Of a DNA stretch of 64,000 nt, positions 9,712-19,770 are shown piece by piece. Below the pieces are notes generated by a model. The model searched no databases, was not told the origin of the DNA, and saw only the letters and a list, made by a program, of their open reading frames with translations. The stretch covers positions 1 to 64,000 of the forward strand of contig CAVYLP010000001.1 of assembly GCA_963769425.1 (NCBI GenBank), in the 5' to 3' direction. Made by a program: the position numbers and the translations under genes. Numbering within the stretch: position 1 is the stretch's first letter; every line of letters starts with the position of its first letter. The stretch comes from Candidatus Bathyarchaeota archaeon. GTDB lineage: Archaea > Thermoproteota > Bathyarchaeia > TCS64.

Positions 9712-11115
9712 ATGACAGACTATGGCAAAGTGACACCAGCATTCCTGCAGCAGCTAGAGGAGGTTGTAGGCTCCAAGGGCATCTCGGTTATCGGCGAAGA
9801 CCTCGTGAAACATAGCAAAGATGAGAGCCTTGAGCCCCCTCACACTCCTGAAGTGATCGTGTACCCACTGAGTACCGGCGAGATATCGTCGGTCATGAAG
9901 CTAGCCTCCAGTAACAACATCCCGGTGACCCCCCAAGGATCTAGAACTGGCCTCAGCGGCGGAGCGCACCCCATCTATGGTGGTATAGCCCTCAGCCTCG
10001 AGCGAATGACGAAGATTCTAGAGATCGATGAAGGAAACCTGATGGCTGTAGTCGAGCCGGGTGTCCTCATCATGGATCTGCACACAGAGACGGAGAAGAA
10101 GGGTCTCCTATACCCCCCTGACCCGGGTCAAGAGTCGGGCAGTCTCGGTGGGAACATCTCCACCAACGCTGGTGGCGTTAAGGGGATGAAGTATGGAGTG
10201 ACGAGGGACTTCGTCCAAGGCCTCGAGGTGGTCTTACCCAGCGGGGAAGTAATCACGATCGGTGGAAGGCATGTTAAGAACTCAACGGGATACGAATTAA
10301 TCGACCTATTTGTAGGATCGGAGGGAACACTGGGTGTGGTTTCAAAGGCTACGCTCAGGCTTGTACCGAAGCCGAAGAACACCGCCATCATCTACGTCCC
10401 ATTCAATTCTGTTAGGGCAGCAACAAAAACAGTCTCCGAGATAGTTAGCAGGAAGGTTGTACCATATGCTTTGGAATATGTACCCCAACACGCGGTATTG
10501 ACCGCTGAGCGTTTCCTAGAGCGGACGTTGCCTGACCACGATCACCCAGCTTACCTCATCGTTGGAGTCGATGGAAACAGTGAGAATGAAATCGATAGAC
10601 AGCTCGACGTCGTGGGTGAGGTGTGCACGGAGATGGGTGGTGCTGACGCGTATCTCGCCGACACCCCATCTCAACAACAGCAATTATGGGAGGCGAGAAA
10701 GTGCCTTTTCGAGGCGTACAAGGCGTTCTATGAGATCGATGAGGTAGACGCCTGTGTCCCCAGAAGTCGGTTCCCAGATTTCGTGGAGGGTGCAGAGAAG
10801 ATCTCGGAGAGGCTCGGTATCCTGATCTCGACGATTGGGCATGCGGGCGATGGTAACGCTCACAGCATTATGGCTCGTGAACAAATTGAAGACAGGGGGG
10901 CTTGGATGAAGAAGCTTGATGTAGCGATCGAAGAGCTAATTGATCTCAGCCTCGGGATGGGTGGTACAATCTCGGGCGAGCATGGAGTTGGCTACGCTAA
11001 AAAGAAGTACTTAGTGAGGAAAGTCGGCGATACGCAGGTGAATCTCATGAAAGTGATTAAGCGTGGGTTTGACCCTCAGAATATCTTGAACCCTGGGAAA
11101 GTTATAGATATTTAG
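9712..11115 (+). CDS. FAD-linked oxidase, GlcD / D-lactate dehydrogenase family
   Basis: GSRTGLSGG, GGNISTNAGG..KYGVTRD, GSEGTLG, GHAGDGNAH, ISGEHGVG, DPQNILNPGK. Confidence 0.93.
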   Translation: MTDYGKVTPAFLQQLEEVVGSKGISVIGEDLVKHSKDESLEPPHTPEVIVYPLSTGEISSVMKLASSNNIPVTPQGSRTGLSGGAHPIYGGIALSLERMTKILEIDEGNLMAVVEPGVLIMDLHTETEKKGLLYPPDPGQESGSLGGNISTNAGGVKGMKYGVTRDFVQGLEVVLPSGEVITIGGRHVKNSTGYELIDLFVGSEGTLGVVSKATLRLVPKPKNTAIIYVPFNSVRAATKTVSEIVSRKVVPYALEYVPQHAVLTAERFLERTLPDHDHPAYLIVGVDGNSENEIDRQLDVVGEVCTEMGGADAYLADTPSQQQQLWEARKCLFEAYKAFYEIDEVDACVPRSRFPDFVEGAEKISERLGILISTIGHAGDGNAHSIMAREQIEDRGAWMKKLDVAIEELIDLSLGMGGTISGEHGVGYAKKKYLVRKVGDTQVNLMKVIKRGFDPQNILNPGKVIDI

Positions 11116-11147
11116 AATTACATATGTTGTGTCGCAGAACTGTATGA

Positions 11148-11171
11148 TCTTATCCTCACCTTCACCTGATA
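11148..11171 (+). repeat. Companion repeat A, further copy
   Basis: TCTTATCCTCACCTTCACCTGATA, 22/24 identical to the copy at 3443. Confidence 0.8.
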
Positions 11172-11290
11172 CTCAATTATGAATTGAACAACGCACGCGT
11201 CAATGGCTACTTGCCCTTGAAGTCGGTCTTCTTTCCGACAGCCCTTGTTATGAGAAAAATAAGTTATAAAATATAAACAGAGACGTTTAA

Positions 11291-11318
11291 ATATCGACAT
11301 CGATATCAATGTCGATAT
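11291..11318. promoter_or_regulatory. Putative PadR operator overlapping a TATA box
   Basis: Perfect inverted repeat ATATCGACAT-N8-ATGTCGATAT next to TTTAAATA (11286-11293), just upstream of padR. Confidence 0.65.
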
Positions 11319-11325
11319 CACGAAG

Positions 11326-11874
11326 ATGATTCACGTGCGATGGCCTAGAAATATCGCTATGGTGCCGAAGGGGTTCCTGAGGTACAAAGTCCTCAATCTC
11401 CTAAGCTTGAAGTCAATGTCCGGCTCAGAGATCATGTCGGAGATAGAGGTGCAAACTGGGGGGAAGTGGAAGCCTAGCCCAGGCTCAATCTACCCTCTCC
11501 TTGCATGGTTGCAGGACAACGGGTTTGTGGTAGAGGCTGAGGTATCTGAGGGGATCAAGAGGTACTCTCTTTCGGAGAAGGGGAAAGGTTTGCTCTCGGA
11601 GATGGAGAAGACGTGGAAGACGATGAGTGAGAAACTCTCTCATCTCGGTTCTGATTTCGGCTTCATGGGGTCATCTTGGAGAGACTTGATCGCCAGCAAG
11701 TCCTTTGAACGGCTTCATGAGCCGACTGCGAACCTCGCGGCGGCGCTCTGGAGATACCACAAGAAAGCCATACAGATTGACTCGGAGGATTCTTCGGAGG
11801 AGGTTAAGGTAGCACTGGAGGAAGCCGCTAGAAGAATCAATCACGTCGCTGAGAGACTGGAGGATAAGAAATGA
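11326..11874 (+). CDS. PadR family transcriptional regulator
   Basis: KGFLRYKVL..WKPSPGSIYPLL..KRYSLSEKG. Confidence 0.9.
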   Translation: MIHVRWPRNIAMVPKGFLRYKVLNLLSLKSMSGSEIMSEIEVQTGGKWKPSPGSIYPLLAWLQDNGFVVEAEVSEGIKRYSLSEKGKGLLSEMEKTWKTMSEKLSHLGSDFGFMGSSWRDLIASKSFERLHEPTANLAAALWRYHKKAIQIDSEDSSEEVKVALEEAARRINHVAERLEDKK

Positions 11875-11969
11875 CCGACAAGGCTATTGTTGTTGATGAA
11901 TTTAGACATTCAAACTTGCTTGTTCATGGGATAACAAGTGAATCTTCGAATAGGAGTCGATATCAATGA
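11871..11969 (+). pseudogene. 32-aa mini-ORF, probable remnant of an ABC ATPase gene
   Basis: MTDKAIVVDEF...; start overlaps the padR stop (ATGA) and stop overlaps the permease start (ATGA). Confidence 0.45.
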
Positions 11970-13222
11970 GACTCTTTGATATCATCGATTCAGCTTGGAG
12001 TGGAGTTAAATCTCGCAAGTTCCGATTCGTGCTTAACCTCATCGGCATCCTCATCGGCTGCGCCGCTGTCACCGGCTTGATATCTCTTACCCAGGGACTC
12101 AGCAACAACATAAGCGGCCAGCTTGGCACCCTCGGTGCATCGACAATTACTATCTTACCCGGAAGTACTTTTAATAACCCTATAAGCGGTGGCTCAGCGC
12201 CAAGCAGCTCCGTCGGAGGCGGCGCAGCAACTAATCCATTCGGCGGTGGCTCAACTGGTACACGAACCTTAGATTACAAGGTTGTTAGCACGATTTCGAA
12301 GATCTCAGGTGTCCTCTATACGGTTCCAGTCGACTCGGGAGGATCAGTGACTTACTCCGTGAATGGAAAGACTTACTCCCACTCATTGACGGGGTCAACG
12401 GATGTCTACTTCCAAGTCAACAAGTCACTTGAAATTGTTCAGGGTAGAGCACTCCTCAGATCCGATACCGGTGTCGCCGTGATAGGCGCGGATATTGCTC
12501 AACCATCTGATTCATCCAATCCGATAATCGGGGTTGGTGATCGTATCAAGGTCACAACGACCGTGAACGACATAACCAAACAGTTGACGTTACGAGTAGT
12601 GGGTGTGCTTAAGAGGGCTGGCGGCAGCTTCGGCTCAAGTGACAGCGCCATCATCATACCGTTGGGGACATTCGACCAGTTCTTCGAGAAAAATGGTAAA
12701 TACAGCACAATTCAGGTGCTAACTTCCTCACCCGATTTAGTCGATTCCGTTTCGCAAACGATTAAAACCAAGGTAAGCAACATCAGCGTCATCACAGCGG
12801 CTGCCGCTCAGGGTTTAGTCACGAGCATTCTCGGGACTATTCAGGCAGTGCTCGGCGGCATCGCAGCGATCAGTCTTGTGGTTGCCGGAGTTGGCATTAT
12901 CAACACTATGACGATCAGTGTTCTTGAGAGGACTAAGGAGATTGGTGTACTGAAGGCCCTAGGGACGAAGGCGAGGGATATCCTATTTCTCTTCCTCTCG
13001 GAGGCTGTGCTAACGGGCATAGTCGGAGGAATAATCGGGGCGGCCCTTGGCTTTGGGGTGAGCAGTTTAGCGGGCAACATCATCGGATTGGCGCCTGAGT
13101 TAAGCTTGCCCCTTGGGCTCATCGTTGTTGGTTTTGCCGTCGTGACTTGCGTTGTCTCGGGTATTTACCCCGCGTGGCACGCAGCTCAGATGAATCCTGT
13201 CGAGGCCCTGAGACATGAGTAA
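11966..13222 (+). CDS. ABC transporter permease, MacB/FtsX family
   Basis: GIAAISLVVAGVGIINTMTISVLERTKEIGVLKALG and YPAWHAAQMNPVEALRHE. Confidence 0.95.
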   Translation: MRLFDIIDSAWSGVKSRKFRFVLNLIGILIGCAAVTGLISLTQGLSNNISGQLGTLGASTITILPGSTFNNPISGGSAPSSSVGGGAATNPFGGGSTGTRTLDYKVVSTISKISGVLYTVPVDSGGSVTYSVNGKTYSHSLTGSTDVYFQVNKSLEIVQGRALLRSDTGVAVIGADIAQPSDSSNPIIGVGDRIKVTTTVNDITKQLTLRVVGVLKRAGGSFGSSDSAIIIPLGTFDQFFEKNGKYSTIQVLTSSPDLVDSVSQTIKTKVSNISVITAAAAQGLVTSILGTIQAVLGGIAAISLVVAGVGIINTMTISVLERTKEIGVLKALGTKARDILFLFLSEAVLTGIVGGIIGAALGFGVSSLAGNIIGLAPELSLPLGLIVVGFAVVTCVVSGIYPAWHAAQMNPVEALRHE

Positions 13223-15017
13223 AAAAATAGAAGACACTGCGGGTCAGAAATCCGATTCAGGCAAAAAATCTCAACAAGGTAATCCACTACTTCGGATCCT
13301 TGGCTACCTAAGGCCATATTGGCGAATAATCGCATTATCGATATTGCTACTATTTGCTTCTGTGGCCTCTGATCTCGTAATCCCCACCCTAATTCAACGG
13401 ATAATAGACGATGGAATAATCTCCAAGAATATTACAGTCGTAGTAACATTAACCGCGTTAATGATCGGTGTGGCTCTACTTGGCGCAGGGGCTACAATAG
13501 GTAACACGTTCCTCGCCATAAGGGTCGCTCAGAGCTTCGCCGCCGATGTTAGAAGCTCCGCATATCACAGGATACAGAAGTTTAGCTTCGGAAACCTTGA
13601 CAAGTTCCAGACAGGCCAAATTATAGTCAGACTCACGAGCGACGTAAGCTCCGTCCAAATGATAGTGATGATGGGGCTGAGGATGTTCATCAGCGCCCCG
13701 ATAATGATCGTCGGCAGCATCGTGCTCATGTTCATTATCAACGCGGAGCTCGCCAGAATCGTCCTTCTCCTGCTCCCCCTCACCCTCGTACTCGCCGTCG
13801 TATTCATCTGGAAAGCTCTACCAATGTTCCTGGAGGTTCAGAAGAGGCTCGATAAGCTCAACACAGTTCTTCAGGAGAACCTCGCAGGGGTCAGAGTCGT
13901 AAAAGCCTTCGTGAGGCAGAACCACGAATCGATCCGCTTCGAGGAAGCGAACACGAGTCTCACGAAACAGACGACGAAGGTGCTCACGATTTTCGCAATT
14001 CTGTTTCCCACGATGCTGATAATAATCAACCTAAGCGTACTCAGCGTCATCTGGTTCGGAGGACTTGAGGCAATAGGCGGGAGGTTCAGCGTGGGCGACA
14101 TACTCGCCTTCATCAACTATCTACTCATCGCCATTTTCCCACTGATATTTCTCGCCATAATGTCCAGCCAACTCTCAGCCGCTGAAGCCTCAGCTCAACG
14201 AATCTACGAAATAATCGACTCCGAGCCTCAGGTCCAAGAGAAGCCCGATGCAAAGCAGCTCACAGACGTCAAAGGAAAGGTCATCTTTGAGGACGTTTCC
14301 TTCAGCTATGCAGGTGACCTTAGCGAGCCAGTGCTTCAGGGCGTCAACCTAGTCGCTGAGCCAGGCCAGACCATCGCGATCCTCGGCGCCACTGGCTCAG
14401 GGAAGTCGACGTTAATCGACCTAATCCCACGCTTCTACGACGTTACAAAAGGCAGGCTCACCGTTGACAGCATCGACGTGAGAGACGTAACCCTCGAGTC
14501 GCTTCGCTCAAACATAGGCGTCGCTCTCCAGGAAGCTATCCTCTTCAGCGGTACCATACGCGACAACATAAGATACGGTAAACCCGAGGCCTCAGAGGCC
14601 GAGGTAATTGCCGCCGCGAATGCCGCGCAGGCTCATGAGTTTATAATGAGCATGCCCAAAGGCTACGACACGGACGTAGGCGAGAGAGGTGCAGGTCTCT
14701 CTGGTGGGCAGAAGCAGAGGGTCAGCATCGCGAGGGCCCTGCTGGTCAAGCCTAAGATACTCATCCTCGATGACAGCACGAGCTCGGTAGATGTCGAGAC
14801 CGAGGCGAAGATTCAGGAACAATTAGACATGATCATGGAGAATAGGACGAGCTTTATAATCGCCCAGCGTATCAGCACGGTTCTCAAAGCAGACAAAATA
14901 GTAGTCCTCGACAAGGGTCGAATCGTCGCTGAGGGCACACATAATGAGCTGATGAATACGAGCTCCATCTACAGGGAGATATACGACTCCCAGCTTGGCG
15001 GAGGAATCAGGCTATGA
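13215..15017 (+). CDS. Heterodimeric ABC exporter, TM287-like subunit (degenerate site)
   Basis: TMD+NBD; GATGSGKS, LSGGQKQR, Walker B ILDDSTS, IAQR instead of the His switch. Confidence 0.95.
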   Translation: MSKKIEDTAGQKSDSGKKSQQGNPLLRILGYLRPYWRIIALSILLLFASVASDLVIPTLIQRIIDDGIISKNITVVVTLTALMIGVALLGAGATIGNTFLAIRVAQSFAADVRSSAYHRIQKFSFGNLDKFQTGQIIVRLTSDVSSVQMIVMMGLRMFISAPIMIVGSIVLMFIINAELARIVLLLLPLTLVLAVVFIWKALPMFLEVQKRLDKLNTVLQENLAGVRVVKAFVRQNHESIRFEEANTSLTKQTTKVLTIFAILFPTMLIIINLSVLSVIWFGGLEAIGGRFSVGDILAFINYLLIAIFPLIFLAIMSSQLSAAEASAQRIYEIIDSEPQVQEKPDAKQLTDVKGKVIFEDVSFSYAGDLSEPVLQGVNLVAEPGQTIAILGATGSGKSTLIDLIPRFYDVTKGRLTVDSIDVRDVTLESLRSNIGVALQEAILFSGTIRDNIRYGKPEASEAEVIAAANAAQAHEFIMSMPKGYDTDVGERGAGLSGGQKQRVSIARALLVKPKILILDDSTSSVDVETEAKIQEQLDMIMENRTSFIIAQRISTVLKADKIVVLDKGRIVAEGTHNELMNTSSIYREIYDSQLGGGIRL

Positions 15018-16852
15018 GCAACAAAGCTCCATCCAGTAGACCTGAATCAGGTCCAGGGAGAGGGGGGCCAGGCATGAGCTTCGCAAGAGGAGTATCCCGA
15101 GCGAAAAACCCCAGTGTGACACTCTCGCGCCTCATCCGGTACCTCCTCGCCTACAAGCTCCAGCTGGCTCTAATAGGCATTTTCGTTATCCTCGGCACAG
15201 TGGCTTCATTATTAGGTCCATACTTCGTGGGTGTTGCCGTTGACCAGTACATAAGCACAGGGAACGTCCCCGGGCTCTACGGCGTCGTCATCATCCTAGG
15301 TCTCATTTACGCCGTGGGCTACTTGTCCAATGCACTACAGGCCATCCTCATGGCGAGGATATCCCAGAAGGTACTGAAGCAGCTGAGGAAGGAGCTCTTC
15401 GAGCACCTCCAGACCCTCAGCCTGAGCTTCTTCGACAAGCGCACACAGGGGGAGCTAATGAGTAGACTCACAAACGACATAGACGCAATAAACCAGGCAC
15501 TCAGCCAGAGTGTCACGCAGCTTATTTCGAGCTTCCTCTCCATCATCGGAATCCTGATTGTAATGTTCATCCTCAACGCCTGGCTGGCTCTAGGTAGCCT
15601 CCTCGTGTTTCCCCTCATGATATTTGCTACACTATTCATCGGTAGCAAAACACTCGCAGGCTTCAGAGACCTACAGAGGGACCTCGGCAGGCTAAACAGC
15701 ACGATGGAAGAGACCATCAGCGGTGAGCGAGTCGTATTAGCCTTCAGCAGGCAAGATCGTGTGCTGAAGGACTTCGACGAGACGAACGAATCAGTACGCA
15801 AAGTCGCTACGAGGGCGAACAGCTACGCCTTCGTAATCATGCCTATAATGAACATCATGGGCAGCGTTGCGATCGCAGTGGTAGCCGGGCTCGGGGGCTG
15901 GATGGCAATCCAGGGCATGGTCACGATCGGCGTCATCACCAGCTTCATCTTCTACGCCCGCAACTTCTCGCAACCACTCCAGCAACTAGCTAACCTCTAC
16001 AATACCATTCAATCTGCACTCGCTGGCGCGGAGCGCATATTCGAGACGATAGACGAGAAGCCCGAGTTAAACGATAAACCTGACGCGAAGCCACTCAAGG
16101 AGATAAAAGGGGACATCGTCTTTGAGAATGTGGATTTTAGCTATGACGGCAAGACACCGATTCTAAAGAATATGAACTTCCACGCGGAGCCCGGGCAGAT
16201 GATGGCACTAGTAGGTCCAACTGGGGCGGGAAAGACAACGATGGTCAACGTTCTCAGCAGATTCTATGACATCCAGTCCGGTTCAATCAGGATCGATGGC
16301 GTCGACATCAGGGACGTCACACGAGACAGCCTAAGGAAGCAGCTCGGGACTGTATTGCAGGATAACTTCCTCTTCGCTGATACCGTGATGGAGAACATCC
16401 GCTACGGCAACCTGGAGGCCACGGACGAGGACTGCATAGCTGCAGCGAAACTGGCGAACGCGGACCAATTCATCACGCGTCTACCCGAAGGCTACATGAA
16501 CATGCTCACGGAGAGGGGTAGCAACCTAAGCCAGGGGCAGCGCCAACTACTCGCCATCGCGAGAGCCGTCATTGCGGATCCGAAAATTCTGATTCTAGAC
16601 GAGGCTACGAGTAATGTTGACACGAGGACTGAGATCAGGATTCAGGAGGCGCTTCTTAAATTGATGGAGGGTAGAACGAGTTTCGTCATCGCCCACAGGC
16701 TGAGTACTATCAGGAAGGCGGATCAGGTCCTAGTGATTCGGGACGGCGAGATCGTGGAGCGTGGTACGCATGACTCATTACTCTCCGAGAGGGGCTTCTA
16801 CTACAACCTCTACGTGAGCCAGTTCAAGGGAACTCCAGTAGGAGTATCATAA
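15014..16852 (+). CDS. Heterodimeric ABC exporter, TM288-like subunit
   Basis: GPTGAGKT, LSQGQRQ, ILDEATS, IAHRLS. Confidence 0.95.
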   Translation: MSNKAPSSRPESGPGRGGPGMSFARGVSRAKNPSVTLSRLIRYLLAYKLQLALIGIFVILGTVASLLGPYFVGVAVDQYISTGNVPGLYGVVIILGLIYAVGYLSNALQAILMARISQKVLKQLRKELFEHLQTLSLSFFDKRTQGELMSRLTNDIDAINQALSQSVTQLISSFLSIIGILIVMFILNAWLALGSLLVFPLMIFATLFIGSKTLAGFRDLQRDLGRLNSTMEETISGERVVLAFSRQDRVLKDFDETNESVRKVATRANSYAFVIMPIMNIMGSVAIAVVAGLGGWMAIQGMVTIGVITSFIFYARNFSQPLQQLANLYNTIQSALAGAERIFETIDEKPELNDKPDAKPLKEIKGDIVFENVDFSYDGKTPILKNMNFHAEPGQMMALVGPTGAGKTTMVNVLSRFYDIQSGSIRIDGVDIRDVTRDSLRKQLGTVLQDNFLFADTVMENIRYGNLEATDEDCIAAAKLANADQFITRLPEGYMNMLTERGSNLSQGQRQLLAIARAVIADPKILILDEATSNVDTRTEIRIQEALLKLMEGRTSFVIAHRLSTIRKADQVLVIRDGEIVERGTHDSLLSERGFYYNLYVSQFKGTPVGVS

Positions 16853-16967
16853 GACAATTCGAAGCCATAGTTCATATTTTGTCATTTGTATTTTCTCGCT
16901 AATTCGTTTGGAGGTTTCAATGGTTTAATAGGTCATAACTTATAACAACAAAATAGTGAAGGGCTGA

Positions 16968-17096
16968 ATGAAGGTCGTTGTTTTCGGCGCGACAGGTAAA
17001 ACCGGTAGACAACTTGTACAACAGGCAATTGCAAAAGGCTACCAAGTTGTGGCTTTCGCCCGAGACAAGTGCCTGCTATCTGTAATTAATAACTAG
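16968..17096 (+). pseudogene. N-terminal fragment of an NAD(P)H-binding (flavin reductase/BVR-B-like) oxidoreductase
   Basis: MKVVVFGATGKTGRQLVQQAIAKGYQVVAFARD followed by a premature stop; absent from the ORF track. Confidence 0.75.
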
Positions 17097-17256
17097 TAAC
17101 GATGATACCAATGAGAATGCCTATCATCGAAAATGATAATATAGATCTCGAGGCAGGCAGCGCTAATGATGTCCTCAAGTGGCTTATAACACGAGCTGTG
17201 TTTTGCCTAATCCCATCATATAAAGTCAAAGAAACCAAGTATAAGGAGGAAGTAAC

Positions 17257-18384
17257 TTGACTACTATCGATATCGCAAAAGAACTTATAAAATTCGACAC
17301 ATCTGGTCCACCCGCCAAAGAAAAACCGTTAGCTAAATGGATTAAGGACTACCTGGAGGACTTGGGCGTCAACACTCAAATCCAAGATGTCGCACCCGAA
17401 AGAGCAAACGTCATCGCTAAAATAGGGGAAGGAAAGGGCCCCGGAGTCGTCTTATCTGGACATATTGACGTTGTCCTAGCAGGGGATCCTCAATTATGGA
17501 AGGAAACAGCCCCATATTATCCAAAGGTGACGAATGGCAAACTCTATGGAAGAGGTGCATGCGACATGAAGGGGCCTGACGCATGCATATTACAGGCAGT
17601 AACCGATAACATAAAAAATAATTTCAAAAAACAACTAACACTTGTCTTTACATCAGGCGAGGACACTGGAGGTTGGTTCGTGGAAAAAGTAATCGCCGAC
17701 AAACTTGTTACAACAACCGACGCTAGGTTTGGGGTGATACCCGAACCAAGTGTAATGAGAATCGTGCGGGCTCATAAAGGGAGCGGGGGCTGTGTCGTCG
17801 CGTTCAAGGGCAAAGCTGCTCATAGTAGCCGCCCCGAGTGGGGCATCAATGCCATCATCCACGCCTCCGACTTCATACAGGGTGTTAAAAAGCTTCAGAA
17901 AAAACTCGAATTTGATAACTACCCATTACTCGGCCATAGTACGGTAAAACCCACGCTTATAATTGGAGGCCTTAAGAGCAACATTATCCCGCCAAGCTGC
18001 GAAGTTACCATAAACGCCCGCTTAATACCTGGCCAAGACAACGCTGCTACTTTCAAAGGTTGGATGGACGACATAATTAACTCGATGAAGAAACAAGACT
18101 CAACGGTAGAAGCTGAAATAAGGGGTCTTGCAGCATCAGTTGCACTAGATGTTCCTGAGAACAGTGAGGTAGTCAAGCTTCTCATGAAGCTCCTAGGCAC
18201 AAAGCCAGAAGGGGAGCCGTATTATACTGAAGCTGTCAGTTACTCGAAGGCTGGGATTCCAACTGTCATCTGTGGACCTGGTGATATTGCGCAAGCCCAC
18301 ACACAAGATGAGTTTATTACTCTTGAACAATTAAGCCGCGGTACCAAAATGTTCAACGAGATCATCAAGAAAACTTGTCTGTGA
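17257..18384 (+). CDS. M20 family metallopeptidase / ArgE-DapE-like deacylase
   Basis: LSGHIDVV, LYGRGACDMKG, GED, EPS, GKAAHSS, GPGDIAQAHTQDE. Confidence 0.9.
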   Translation: MTTIDIAKELIKFDTSGPPAKEKPLAKWIKDYLEDLGVNTQIQDVAPERANVIAKIGEGKGPGVVLSGHIDVVLAGDPQLWKETAPYYPKVTNGKLYGRGACDMKGPDACILQAVTDNIKNNFKKQLTLVFTSGEDTGGWFVEKVIADKLVTTTDARFGVIPEPSVMRIVRAHKGSGGCVVAFKGKAAHSSRPEWGINAIIHASDFIQGVKKLQKKLEFDNYPLLGHSTVKPTLIIGGLKSNIIPPSCEVTINARLIPGQDNAATFKGWMDDIINSMKKQDSTVEAEIRGLAASVALDVPENSEVVKLLMKLLGTKPEGEPYYTEAVSYSKAGIPTVICGPGDIAQAHTQDEFITLEQLSRGTKMFNEIIKKTCL

Positions 18385-18680
18385 AACCAGTAAAATTCTT
18401 TTTTTAGTTACTATTTCCTCAGAGCACATTTGCTATGCTTATTCTTTATATGCGTCATTTAATTTACAGCAAAGTTGACTAGAACGTGCACAAGTGCAGG
18501 GATAACAGAGCATTACCATCATAGAATGAATCTAATTCTCCACTGAAGCCCTTTTAATTGAGTCACCAAGGTCGAGGCTACAACTTATAGAAATCAAGGC
18601 GCTTCTTTTTGGGAACTATCTTTTTCGGATCCCTTTTATTTTTACTAAAATCGATACTTTATACTTGCTGATTAGAACGA

Positions 18681-19265
18681 TTACAAGTAACTGCGCCAAT
18701 CTTCTAAGAGTTCAGGCCACCTACGCGTCGCCTCGTAAATAATCCTCGCCTCAACCACCGCATCCACACCCGCCCTATGAGAGTCAGAGTAGGACCAGCG
18801 GGGGAAAAGAAACCGATGAGCCTCCTCAACACTCGGCCACTTGTATCCACCTAATGAATTTGGGATCTTCAAGTAACCCGATAAAGTCTTCAGGGGATCC
18901 CAGAATCTCACCGGAACCCTGAATCCCCGCGAGTCGTGCTCCAGGAGCCTCAGATCGAAGTCGTGCCCCCACGAGGTGACTGGTACACCCATGTCGAATA
19001 AACCCTGAAGCGGATAACGAAGATCGTCGAGCGGAACCGCTTCCTTGATCTCACCAGGGGTCAGCGATGTGTTCTGAAACACCCAAGAACCAGGGTGACA
19101 CATCTCCTTCTCGCGACAGACGCTTTCAACCAACAAATCGACCTTACCAGAGTCGAGATCGAGGCGAGCGACGCCGACCTCACAGATCACGCAGTTTTCG
19201 GGCTGAAAATTGTCGGCAGTGGGATTAAGGTTCCCCGTCTCAAGGTCCACTACGAGAACATTCAT
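18681..19265 (-). CDS. DEDDh 3'-5' exonuclease (DnaQ-like)
   Basis: VVDLETG, WGHDFD, SHRAGVDA motifs. Confidence 0.8.
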   Translation of the reverse strand: MNVLVVDLETGNLNPTADNFQPENCVICEVGVARLDLDSGKVDLLVESVCREKEMCHPGSWVFQNTSLTPGEIKEAVPLDDLRYPLQGLFDMGVPVTSWGHDFDLRLLEHDSRGFRVPVRFWDPLKTLSGYLKIPNSLGGYKWPSVEEAHRFLFPRWSYSDSHRAGVDAVVEARIIYEATRRWPELLEDWRSYL

Positions 19266-19372
19266 ATCCAATTAATATTTGGTAGCGTATCCAAATTTGA
19301 GCTTTTCTAAAATATAAAAGATAATAGAATTGAGCTTGCGCAATTGTTGGGCTAATATAAGATGAAGGTCAC

Positions 19373-19762
19373 CTAATGAAGCATCTCAGTATGATCATCA
19401 AGCTTCCCTGCGAGGTAAGCCTTCACAGCATCTTCTGCGGATACAAGCTCAGTGATGAAGGGTTTCAAACCAGCGCCCTTGATAGCCTCATGCGCTCCCC
19501 AACCCATGCCCCGGGCAATCAAAACCTCACAGTCAGAGACGTTGGACAGCATCGAGTTATGTTTAGCATCAGCCTCCGGCCCGTGGTGGCCACCCTCTTC
19601 GTGCTGATGCGGTTCGCCACCAACGTGGTGCGCCGCCTTATCCCTCATTTCCGAGCCCTTAATCACGCCGCCCTGTACATCATACACGATATAGTACACG
19701 GCTCTCCCAAAATGCTGAGAGATCGTCTTACCATCATCAGTTACAACAGCAATTTTCAACAT
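19373..19762 (-). CDS. NifB/NifX-family (FeMo-cofactor-binding-like) protein with His-rich loop
   Basis: KIAVVTDDGKTISQHFGRA, CEVLIARGMGWGA. Confidence 0.88.
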   Translation of the reverse strand: MLKIAVVTDDGKTISQHFGRAVYYIVYDVQGGVIKGSEMRDKAAHHVGGEPHQHEEGGHHGPEADAKHNSMLSNVSDCEVLIARGMGWGAHEAIKGAGLKPFITELVSAEDAVKAYLAGKLDDHTEMLH

Positions 19763-19770
19763 TACCAACC

